From Mobula hypostoma (taxonomy: Eukaryota), in contig NC_086097.1 of NCBI RefSeq assembly GCF_963921235.1, positions 16,120,001 through 16,184,000 of the forward strand: a stretch of 64,000 bases of DNA, read 5' to 3'. Below are positions 36,526 through 48,228 of the stretch, in pieces. Position 1 is the stretch's first letter. Every line of letters starts with the position of its first letter. The notes under the pieces were generated by a model. It had not been told where the DNA came from and made no database searches. It was given only the letters and a program-made list of their open reading frames with translations. Made by a program: the position numbers and the translations under genes.

Positions 36526-39110
36526 GGGATGGGGTAAGAACGGGAGGAGGGGCATTAACAGAAGTTAGAGAAGTCAATGTTCATGCCATCAGGTTGGAGG
36601 CTACCCAGACGGAATATAAGGTGTTGTTCCTCCAACCTGAGTGTAGCTTCATCTTGACAGTAGAGGAGGCTGTGGATAGACATATCAGAATGAGAATGGG
36701 ACGTGGAATTAAAATGTGTGGCCACTGGGAGATCCTGCTTTCTCTGGCAGACAGAGCATAGGTGTTCAGCGAAATGGTCTCCCAGCCTGCCTCGGGTCTC
36801 GCCAATATATAGAAGGCCGCACCAGGAGCACCGGATGCAGTATATCACCCCAGCTGACTCACAGGTGAAGTGTTGCCTCACCTGGAAGGACTGTCTGGGG
36901 CCCTGAATGGTGGTGAGGGAGGAAGTGTAAGGGCATGTGTAGCACTTGTTCCGCTTACAAGGATAAGTGCCGAGAGGAAGATCGGTGGGAAGGGATTGGC
37001 GGGGGTACGAATGGACAAGGGAGTCATGTAGGGAGTGATCCCTGCGGAAAGCAGAAAGTAGGGGGAGGTAAAGATGTGCGTAGTGGTGGGATCCCGTTGG
37101 AGGTGGCAGAAGTTACGCAGAATTATATGTTGGACCTGGAGGCTGGTGGGGTGGTAGGTGAGGACAAGGGGAAACCTATTCCTAGTGGGGTGGCAGGAGG
37201 ATGGGGTGAGAGCAGATGTGCATGAAATGGGAGAGATGCGTTTGAGAGCAGAGTTGATGGTGGAGGAAGGGAAGTCCCTTTCTTTACAAAAGGAAGACAC
37301 CTCCTTCATCCTGGAATGAAAAGCCTCATCCTGAGAGCAGATGCGGCGGAGATGGAGGAATAGCAAGAAGGGGATGGCATTTTTGCAAGAGACAGGGTGG
37401 GAAGAGGAATACTCCAGGTTGCTGTGAGAGTCCATGGGCTTATAATAGACATCAGTAGATAAGCTGTCTCCAGAGATAGAGACAGAAAGATCAAGAAAGG
37501 GGAGGGAGGTGTCGGAAATGGACCAGGTAAACTTGAGGGCAGGGTGAAAGTTGGAGGCAAAGTTAATGAAGTCAACGAGCTCAGCATGCATGCAGGAAGC
37601 AGCACCAATGCAGTCGTCGATGTAGCGAAGGAAAAGTGTGGGACAGATACCAGTATAGGCTTGGAACATGGATTGTTCCACAATGCCAACAAAAAGGCAG
37701 GCATTGCTGGGACCCATATGGGTGCCCATGGCTACACCTTTAGTTTGGAGGAAGTGGGAGGAGCCAAAGGAGAAATTATTAAGAGTAAGAACTAATTCCG
37801 CTAGACAGAGGAGAGTAGTGGTAGAGGGGACTGGTTAGGTCTGGAATCCAAAAAGAAGTGGAGAGCTTTGAGACCTTCCTGGTGGGGGATGGAGGTATAT
37901 AGGGACTGGACATCCATGGTGAAATTAAAACGGTGGGGGCCAGGGAACTTAAAATCATTGAAAAAATTCAGAGCATGAGAAGTGTCACAAACATAGGTGG
38001 GAAGGGATTGAACAAGGGGGGATAAAACCGTGTCGAGGTATGCAGAAATAAGTTTGGTGGGGCAGGAGCAAGTTGAGACAATGGGTCTATCTGGACAGGC
38101 AGGTTTGTGGATCTTGGGTAGGAGGTAGAAACGGGAAGTGTGGGGTGTGGGAACAATAAGGTTGGTAGCAGTGGATGGGAGATCCCCTGAGCAGATAAAG
38201 TTGGTGATGGTGTGGGGGACAATGGCCTGGTGCTCCTTAGTGGGGTCATGATCGAGCGGTAAATAAGAGGCGATATCTGCGAGTTGTCGCTGTGCCTCAG
38301 CAAGGTAGAGGTCAGTACGCCAGACTACAACAGCACCCCCTTTATCGGCGGGTTTTATAGTAAGGTTAGGATTAGTGCGGAGGGAGTGGAGAGCAGAGCG
38401 TTCGGAAGGCTTGAGGTTGGAATTGGAACAAGGTGTGGTGAAGTCAAGATGGTTGATGTCCCGTCGGCAGTTAGCAATAAAGAGATCCAGAGCAGGCAGA
38501 AGACCAGAGCGGGGTGTCCATGAAGAGGAGGAGGGTTGAAGATGGGAGAATGGGTCATCGGTGGGTGTGGGAGAGTCCTTGCCAAAGAAGTGGGCTCGAA
38601 GACAGAGCCGACGAAAGAAGAGTTCAGCATCATGGCAAACGCGGAACTCACTGGGGTGTGGGCGAAGGGGGACAAAGGTGAGGCCCTTAGTGAGGACAGA
38701 GCGCTCTACTTCAGAGAGTTGAAGGTCAGAGGGGCTGGTAAAGATCCGGCATGGATGAGAGCTGGGACCGGTGGGGGGCGGCGGGGAGAGGCTGGTGGTG
38801 TCAGTTGAGAGGGGAGTGTTGGGGTGAGAGGAAGAAGGGCCCAGGAGTAGGTGATGGGATGTGAGGGAGACGGGAGACAGGTTGCAGAGTGGTGGTGGTG
38901 GAAGTGGAGACAAGAGTCACAATAGCAGCACGTGAAGACCTGGCCTGGAGTTCAAGGCTGGAGTCTTGAGAGCTAGGATCAGAGGGGAGAGGGGGGAGGC
39001 TGGTGGTGTCAGTGGAGAGGGGAGGGTTGGGGTGTGAGAAAGATGGAGCCTCTGAGGGTCCAGGAGCTGATGGTGGGATCTGAGGGAGACGGGGTTGCAG
39101 AGTTTGAAAT
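36095..39110 (-). mobile_element. Long Penelope-like element (RT plus GIY-YIG plus pLTR), frameshifted
   Basis: TIKPADKGGAVVVW, FYLLPKIHK, TMDVQSLYTSI, MGTHMGP, LRYIDDCI, VIYCIRC...LYIGET; probable TSD AATTTCAA at 36087-36094 and 39111-39118. Confidence 0.92.
36466..36525. repeat. (TAAA)n microsatellite within the Penelope 3' region
   Basis: About 14 perfect units read directly. Confidence 0.95.
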
Positions 39111-39454
39111 AATTTCAAAGTGCTTTGCAGAAACGCAATTAGAAAATCAACCATTACAAAGGAGATGTTAATTGATCAAAAAAAAAGAATTTTTAAATAG
39201 CATCATTAAGTAGTTGGTAGAGAGGAAGAGGGAAGCTTTAACTGTGGGTAACAGTGAAGTGAAGGAAGTAAGCGTATGCAATAGTCAAAACGAATAATTA
39301 ACGCTTCTGGAGATTTTTACACTGGATAAGGTGAGAGATATAGGGAAGGGCCTCATGAAGAAATATTTATTTTTAAAAATAAGCTGAAAATTTTAAATTG
39401 GGGGCATAGGAGTATCAGGAATTTGTGTGAGTTATTTTTAAAGATTTGTATATC

Positions 39455-39745
39455 ATAACATAGTGAAATGCGTCATTTACCTCAAATCAAATCAGCAAGC
39501 ATTGTAGTGGGTAGCCTGTGAGTGTCGCCATGCTTCCGGCACCAGCATAGCACACTCACAACTCACTAACACTAACCATACATCTTTGGAATGTGAGAGG
39601 AAACCAGAACATCCAGAGGAAACCCACACAGTCATGGGGAGACCGTATAAATTCCTTGCAGATAGTGGTGGGAATTGAACACAGATTGTACAGCTGGCTG
39701 GTGCTGTAACAAAGTAATGATAACTGCTATGCTACTGTGCTCCCC
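39455..39745 (-). mobile_element. V-SINE/HE1-like SINE
   Basis: Minus strand tgggtttcctctggatgttctggttttcctctcacattccaaagatgt; same family as 1665-1938. Confidence 0.65.
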
Positions 39746-39974
39746 AGTTAAGGTAAAACTAAGTTGATAGTCAGCAAAGGAATATGGGCTCAATATGGTC
39801 AACAAATATGCTAGAGATTTGAAGTTTTCAGAGTAAAATAATGGAAATTAGTCTAAAGAGCACAAAAACATTGGCATCAGATATGTTGTAAAAGGGATGG
39901 GAACTGGTGATGTTACAGAAATGTTAGTAGCAGGGTTTGTGATAGAAAGGATATGGGTTTAAAAGTTTGGAATT

Positions 39975-40290
39975 CAAGTAAAGGCATCCGTTAGTCTTGC
40001 GAGACCATGGATCTGCGCCTGGAAAGTCTTCACTCTCCAGGGTGCAGGCCTGGGCAAGGTTGTATGGAAGACCAGTAGTTGTCCATGCTGCAAGTCTCCC
40101 CTCTCAATGACACCAATGTTGTCCAGGGGAGGGGCATTAGGACACATACGGCTTGGCACCAGTGTCGTCGCAGAGCAATGTGTGATTAAGTGCCTTGCTC
40201 AAGGACACAACATGTTGCCTCAGCTGGGGCTCGAACTCATGACCTTCAGGTCGCTAGTCCAATGCCTTAACCATTTGGCCACCTGCCCAC
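39975..40290 (-). mobile_element. tRNA-derived SINE with RTE-like body and tail
   Basis: A-box TGGCCAAATGG, B-box GAGTTCGAGCC, gtgtccttgagcaaggcactt segment, 3' ccatggtc...ggatgcc. Confidence 0.75.
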
Positions 40291-40708
40291 TTGGAGTTCA
40301 AACAGGATGCTGAATTTGCAACTGAAATATGGCTTGGCTAAAAGAATTTGAATTTGAAGGCATGAGTAACGACTTCACAGTGAGAACCAAGGAATAAAAT
40401 AAAAGCCATCTTACAGTCCTCAACTGGCAGGTTCCTCAGCTGTAAAAATTACATGTAACTACTTTGGCAAAATGGTATGGCCCCCCCAATGACAAAGCTG
40501 TCATTTTTACATCTTTCAGTGAGAATATGTGCAAGTAAGAGAGGACATGGTGCAACTGTAAAGAGGAAACTATGGAATTTTAGAGAGGAAATGGTTGAAA
40601 TATGGAACGGAAAACTATTAATGAAAAAGTCTGACTACATAGAAAACATAATAAACAAATCATACTGTTTTGAGTTAAAGAGGATGCAGTGCCAATGTTA
40701 AGGGATAG

Positions 40709-43700
40709 TGTTATGTATGCATCTATTTCTTTTAGAGCAATGACCTCCCCCTCCCCTTTAGCACTAGATATTGATCTGTTGTCTGAGCATGTGCTGTTCT
40801 CTACGTATGTTCATTTTCTCTCTATCTCTGTGTCTCTCTCTATCACTCCCTCCACAACAAATTGCCGATGAGTACAAAACGGAATGTCAGAAAAATCACG
40901 AACTGCACGAACAATTACAGGATGAAAAAGTGAGGGCTAAACAGCACACAAACACCAAAGCACCCATGAATAACAGTGAAAGACGAACCGAACTTAAAGT
41001 GAAAATAACGTGGCGATGGCTTCAGTTGGGAAAGTTGATAAATTTGATAGCACTAATGAAGGTTGGGAGTCGTATATCGAGAGGATTGAACTGTATTGTA
41101 AGGCAAACAACGTGGAGGAGCAAAAGAAAGTCCCTACATTTCTTAGCTTAGTGAGCCCAAGAATGTACAGTCTCTTATGTAACTTAGTAACCCCTGCAAA
41201 GCCAGCAAGAAAGACCTTCAATAAAATTGTTACAATTTTACAAAATCACTTGGGCCCTAAACTGCTGGCAATAGCTGAGAGACTTATATTTTACGAAAGG
41301 AACCAGTCAAAAGATGAAATCCTTTCTGAATACATTGCAGAACTACGCAAATGTTCCCAGCACTGTGACTTTACAGATGGACTTGCTGGTGCATTAAAGA
41401 TTAGACTTGTATGTGATATGCATAATCAAAGCACCCAAAAGAGGCTACTATTCGAAAGAGACCTCACCTTAGAATGGGCATTGACCATTGCAATATTATT
41501 AGAGACTGCAGCAAAGGATGCAGCAGAATGACAGAAAAAGAGGTTAGGATGTAAAATGCACAAGATGTCCCTGAATGGTGCAAAAAGCCAAAAATTTTAC
41601 TGATGTGGGAAATCCTCCCATGAGGCAAATGGCTGTTGGTTCAAAGAAAAAGTCTGCAGAAAGTGTAACAGACAAAGTCACATAGAGAGGACCTGCAAGG
41701 CAGACAAAATGCACAACCAAGTTGAAGATCTCAAACACAAAACTAAGCAAATGCATAAAGTTATCAAATGTAAAACAGGATCAGACAACATAGTCTGACA
41801 AAGGTGAGTGCATGCCTAGAATTGCATAGTATTATTGAAGCAGATCACAAAATTATATGGATCACAATAGATGTGTCCAGTATAAAACTGAAAATAGAAC
41901 TAGACACAGGGTCAGCTGTGTCTGTAATTTCAGAGGCTGACAGCTTCTTAAGATATTATTAGAGAAGACCTCAGTGATGCTAAAGACTTGTGCAGGCAAA
42001 AAGAGTGTCTCCCAAAGGCAAACTGAAAGTAAGTGTGATGTATAGAGGCCAAACAGAACAGATAGAGCTTTATGTATTGAAAAGTAGAGTGCCAGCACTT
42101 TTCGGACATGAATGGTTGAAAAAAATCCAACTAGACTGGCACTCAATCAAAGCTCTCAGTGTGACATCAAAAGGCAACGTCAGCCTAAATGGTACCACTA
42201 ACCAGAGATTGTCAGCTGCTTAATGCTAATGAGGTGTTTGAGAAGGAGACTGGTAAACTCACTGGCATGAAAGGCCAGAATTGGACTGGATGAAACAGCA
42301 ACACCAAGATTCCAATGCCTTGGGCGTTACGTCCTAAAGTGGATGCTAAACTGTAGAGCTTGGAGGCATCTGGCATTCTCTCTAAGGCTGAGTGGAGTGA
42401 TTGGGCCATGCCCATTGTCCCGATGATCAGGAAAGGGAAAGCTTTCGCGTATGTAGGGATTTCAAGGTGAGCATCAATCCGGTGCTGTGTACAGTGCAAT
42501 ATCCCCTGCCACAAATAGAAGACATTTATGCATCTTTGGCAGGTGGAGAGAAGTTTTCAAAGATAGGCTTGTGACAGGCCTATCTGCAAATGGAGATTGA
42601 GGAGTCAAGCAGGAAGTTCCTCACAATCAAACTCACAAGGGACTGTTTCAGTATAATCATCTCATCTTTGGCATCCTATCAGCTCCAGCAATTTGGCAAA
42701 GATAAATGGACCAAGTGCTCCAAGATATCCCAGGAACACAGTGTTACCTTGATGACATCATCATGTCTGGCAGAAATGATGAAGAGCACCTCCAGAATCT
42801 TGATACAAGTGCTTACCAGACTGAGTGAGTAAGGTCTGTGCACAAAGAGAGAAAAATGTGAGTTTTTCAAGAATGAAATCTCATGTTGTGGACATTTCAT
42901 TGACAAGCATGGCTTACATAAGTCACAAGAGTGAAGCAGTTCTACAGGCACCCTGTCACATACCCTGTAACGGGAATAAAAAACCAGCAGAAATTGAAAA
43001 CGCTTTGGAGTCCAGTATTGCTATAAACTAATAATATTTATTAGTAACTACGCAATACAGTAATATAAATGTAGATAAATCAAACAGGTTAGCAATGATT
43101 ATATATATATATGTAAGTATATCAGTAAGTGTGGAAATATATGTATGGAAAAACCAAGCTTCTTTAAGTCTAGGGGTAAAAAGATACAGTCTTATGGTGA
43201 TGAGTAAAGTTCAGTTCAGATCAGTTCATGATATTGAGTTGAGTAGTGATGGAGAGAGACAGAGGGAGAGATTTGAGTCTTCAGGTGAGCTGACGCTGTC
43301 GATCTCCTCGTTGTCCTTCAAAATCTTTTAAAAGTCACTGACTGTGACTTTAACAAAGGGGACTGGTTTTCTGTGGTGGAGCTATCCTCTAGGCGAGGGT
43401 GGACACATGGACAACTCCCCACCAGTCTACCCCTTTTCTTTCCACTGCAAGAGCAGTGGATCGATCCGCCTGATCGATCCTCCAAAACCCACTTTTCCTG
43501 CAGGCACAACAATGCTCATTCAGTGTCCAAAACATGTGTCTGAGGTCTATCATCTGACCCCCTATTTTATCTTCCCGTGCTGAGCGTCAACTGTCATTCA
43601 AATACTCCACCTTCCTCTCTCTCTGAAGAAATGCAAGCAGGCAAAAGTCCTTGAGAAGTGTCAACAACCTGCCGAAAAAATCATGACATCGAGTGTCCAT

Positions 43701-46141
43701 TAAATAACGCTGCTTTCGGTCACCATAGCAACCTACGAGCTGCTCAGTGCTGTCTCCAACTCAGCAGAAATCCAAAAATTACTTCCAGTGCCTTAATGTG
43801 ACAGTCCAACAGTTAGTCTTCGTCTCTCTCTCTCTCTTCAAAAGCACAGTTAATAGGGGTAAACGAGCACAGTTCATACGGGTAATTCAGGATCCCGTCA
43901 CACATCCAAACTGGAAGATGTGCCACAACTCAGGCCATACTTGGGCCTTGTAAACTACTACCACCGGTTTCTTCTAAGCATTTCCACAGTGTTACATCCA
44001 TTGAACACTGTTACAGACAGGAGTAAAGTAGGAATGGTCAGAAAGATGTGAAAAAGCATTCACGGAAACAAAGAGACTATAACATATAATAAACTGCTCA
44101 CCCATTATGACTCATCCCTGTCCATCAGATTGGTGTGCAATGTGTCCGCTTATGGCATTGGAGCTCTTTTTTCACACATTATTGAAATATGGATCTGAAC
44201 ACCCAATTGCATTTGCTTCAAGGTCACTGATGAGCACAGAATGCAACCACACACATATCAACCGAGAGGCCTGTAGTCTAGTATAGGGAAGAAAGAAATT
44301 CCACCACTACTTCTACAGACAAAAGTTTCTGGTAGTGTCAGATCACAGGCCCTTTGTGTCCATTTTCAATCCCAGGAAGGGAATTCCAGTGATGACTGAT
44401 ACCCGATTACAACACTGGGCACTATTCCTAGGAGCCCACTCTTATGACATAGAGTTCAAGGGTACCAAACAACACAGCAATGCTGATGCTTGTCATGTCT
44501 TCCACTAGTGGCAACTGAAGAAGAAAAGACTTTATACTGTGACCCAGCAGAATTTTTCTCTACTGCATTGATAGGCCAGTTGCTGGTAACAAATTCCAAA
44601 ATACAAAGGGAAATAATGAATGACCCGGCATTGTCAAAATTCTATGAAATTAGCGTGCAAGAATGACCAGCTGATGGTAACACTATGTTTCCAGGGTTCT
44701 CAGCGAGACAAGACCAACTGTTAGAATGTCAAAGGACACTGATGTGTGGATCTCCTGTGGTTGATCCCTCTAAACTGCCCACCAAAGTATTAGAAAATCT
44801 GCATGAAGCCCACCTGGGTACAGTCAAGATGAAGAGTATTGCCCGGAGCTACATGTAGTGGCTGGGAGTAGATAAACAGATTGAAGACTTGACCAAAAGC
44901 TGTTCGAGATTCCAAAACGTTCAAAATGCACACCCATAGGCACCATTCCACCTGTGGGAGTGGCCGTCTTCACCATGGCAAAGAGTACATATTGACTTTG
45001 CTGGGTCATTCATGGACTCCATGTTTCTGATTGCTGTGGATGCTCATTCGAAGTGGCCGGAGGTTATACCAATGAAGTCAGCCACCTCAGTATGGACTGT
45101 CTCCACTCTGAGGACTATCGTCACTAGAAATGGCTTACCAGTACAAAATTGTGAGTTACAATGGACCACAATACATGTCAGAAGAATCAGAAGAATTCCA
45201 ACTGTTCATGAAAAAAAAATGGCATCAGGCACTTCAAATTAGCTCCTCACCACCCAGCAATGAATGGGTTAGCTGAAAAGTTTATCCAAACTTTCAAGAA
45301 GTCCATTAAAATGATGGACAAGGAGGATATTTCTCTACAGCACAAGGTGGACAACTTTCTTTTTGTGTATCAGAACTCTGTTCATGCAACAACAAATTAA
45401 ACACCTGCAACGCTGTTCATGAACAGGAAACTGAGATCTTGCATAGACCTCCTGAAACCAGATCAATGGAGGGAAGTGCAGAATAAACAGTTCAGCCAAT
45501 TGCCACGTGACTCAGCAAAGAGCTTCAATATTGGACACAAGTTCTAGTGTGTGATTACCGAGAAGACAAGTGTCCATCTGGTAGGATAGCTACAAGAACT
45601 GGACCAGTGATGCACACAGTGGATGTTGGAGGTCAGACATGGAGATGTCATGTGGACCAGATACTGGCTGCTCAACCAAAGAGCATACCTGAATCGGTTG
45701 TATCCAACAAGATGGACACGTTACAGCCACCGAACTTACCTTTCAGAGATGATATCACTGACAGCAATGTTACACTGGAAACTGAGAACGTTGTCTTAGA
45801 TAAGACACCGACCAAACCTGATGCCACTCCATAGGTCCAGAGGCACTATCCTAAAAGAAAAAGAGCGCCACCCAAAAAACTGAACCTTTCGAGCTGTGAA
45901 GTTAGTTGTGGACTGTTATTATGGAAACATGTTTATTTAGAAAATTGGTTTATGAAAGGGAAATTGAATGTTTTTTACGTATACAGTTTAATGTTGCATT
46001 GATCTAAAGGGGGAGGAAGTGGAGTGTCTGGATCTATTTCTTCTAGAGCAATGATCCCCTGCTCTTAGCACTACATATTGATCTGTTGTCTGTGCATGTG
46101 CTGTTGTCTACACATGTGCATTGTTCTCTCCCTTTCCCTCA
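40709..46141 (+). mobile_element. Full-length but decayed Gypsy (Mag-like) LTR retrotransposon with short LTRs (about 40709-40859 and 46020-46141)
   Basis: PBS-like aattgccgatgag at 40860; gag (FDSTNEGWESYIER), protease ELDTGSAVSVI, RT CYLDDII, RNase H, integrase HIDFAG...AVDAHSKWPEV; PPT aaagggggaggaag before the 3' LTR. Confidence 0.9.
42954..43902 (-). mobile_element. Solo LTR nested in Gypsy pol
   Basis: TGTCAC...GTCACA termini; flanks CACCC/CATCC; minus-strand 3' end resembles that of the LTR at 56168-57032. Confidence 0.8.
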
Positions 46142-47524
46142 AATTTGTGCTAATTTGAATTAAAATATTAAAAGTTATATAGGCAGATTTGCTGATGACA
46201 CAAAGGTAACTGGGTTAGCAAGTGGTAGGGAGATATGAAGAGCTTAATGCTGTGGAGCAAGAAATGCTCTTGCTCAGAAGCATATTAATTCCACTGATAT
46301 TGCACTTGCAGGGAGGATACAACAAGCCTATTTGCTTTAACTTTAGATCCACATACTTTCTCTCTCTAATTGTCGAAAGCAATTTCAAACAAATTCAGAG
46401 ATGGGGTAGGTCATACTCACCAATCCATACACTTACAGCTGTCATTTCTTGACTAATGCAAAGAAAAAAGACGTATGATCATATACTGACATCACATTCC
46501 CAACATGATCATCTTTTGCTTGTAAATATCTGTTGTGATGATCCAATATATAAAGTATTCCTTTGTTTAGATAAGTCTTTGGTTACCATGGTGATGGTAC
46601 CAGCAGGTCTGCTGTCTCCAGTTACCATATTCCTCATGAGGGCCTTCTGGTATCTCTTACTTGCCATATCTAGTGGGGTACATATGCAGTTTTTGTCTCA
46701 CTCTATGTTTTTTTTAATATAACCTGCAAGTTAATCCTTCAAGCAAGTTAATATAACCTGCAAGTTAATCTCTCTGTCCAACAGCTTTAATAAGAACTTC
46801 AGAACCCAAAGCTGGAGTAGATCATTGGAACCTGCAAGATGGTTCTGCTATTTCTTAAGAACATAGCTGACCACCTACTTCAGTGCCATTTTCCAAAAAG
46901 AGAAGTCTCCACCGTCAGCTGCAGTAGGGAATTCCAAAGGTTGATTTCCTGGTAAAGAAATTTCTCCTTATCCCAGTCCTGAATGTCTTCCTCCTTAGCC
47001 AGAGAAAATGTCTTCCCCATTTTTAACTGGATAAAATCTATCCATTTTGTTAGATTTCATTGAGATCTCCTCATTCTTTAAGCCTTCAAAGAATACAGTC
47101 CCAGTCTATTCACCTTGCTTTCTATAGCATTTCTGCCATTCCTGAAACTAGTCTAGTGAATCTTCACTTGCGACCATTTGGTGTAGAAAAAATATTCCTT
47201 CCAAAGTCAGTGCCTCTCAGTCTCACCAATTTAAAAATGCTCACTTTTTCTACAACGTCAAATTGGATAACTTCACATTTTTCCACATTGTATTCCATAT
47301 GTCCCTTGAAGCCTCTTTATGTCCTTCTCTGCATTTAGTTTATTAACATTAACAAACTTGGAGATGTGATGTTTGGTTGTCTCTGTTGATACAGATTGCG
47401 AAAAGCTCAGACCCAAGCACTAATCCCCAGAGAATCAAGCTAGTCTTAGCCTACCAACTGAGAATAAAACACTTATTTCCAATCTTTGGTTTATGCGCAG
47501 TCATAATATTGTTGTTATGGTCAC

Positions 47525-47712
47525 AAACACAAGAAAATCTGCAGATGCTGGAAATCCAAGCATTGCACAAAATGCTGGAGGAACTCAGCAAGCCAGGCAG
47601 CATCTATGGAAAAGAATTCTGATGAAGGGTCTTGGCCCTAAACAACAACTGTTTGCCCTTTTCCATAGATGCTGTCTGGTCTGCTGATTTCCTCCAGCAT
47701 TTTGTGTATGAT
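47525..47712. mobile_element. Hairpin-shaped Penelope pLTR derivative with degenerate hammerhead
   Basis: cacaaaatgctggaggaa...catctatggaaaag / cttttccatagatg...ttcctccagcattttgtg inverted arms around ctgatgaagggtcttggccctaaac. Confidence 0.8.
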
Positions 47713-48228
47713 TCTTGCTACGGTGTACTGTTATTACATTCTGTAACATTGATATAAAGGCAACAAGGTGGTAGTCGCCTGTTTTCTCTCTCCTTATCCT
47801 CCAATCTATACACAATTCGAAAACCCTACTGAACCTTGGAAGATGTTACCTGGATTATCTCCAAACCCATCTTCAAAATTCTGGATGCACATCATTAGTT
47901 CTCTGGGATTCATCACTTTTCTAGTTCATCAACTTGTCCTGTACTTTTTTTTATTACATTACATAATTAATTCTTTCAGTTCCTTATTTTTACAGTCCTT
48001 ATTTCTTGAATACACCTGGAAAGTTTTTCTTTGAGAGTGCATACAAGATTATTTTATAAATTCATCTACTATTTCCTTATTTCCTATTATAAATTCTCAG
48101 TAAAATAAAAAAAAAATACTGCGAAGGCTGGAAGTGAGAAACTTCTTCTGTTCTGGGCCCGCACTTGCCTGTTTTTTCTTTGTATGTACTGATGAAAGCT
48201 CTTTCAACCCATGTTTATATTTCTCAGT

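Noticed and set aside
40225..40290. tRNA gene
   Set aside because: A and B boxes are present but there is no convincing acceptor stem, and it runs into a SINE body
46582..46595. X-box-like GTTACCATGGTGAT
   Set aside because: Lies in what appears to be a decayed CR1 segment, with no CpG or promoter context
46716..46770. Direct repeat taatataacctgcaagttaatc occurring twice
   Set aside because: Simple local duplication in decayed repeat DNA; not an array or CRISPR-like structure
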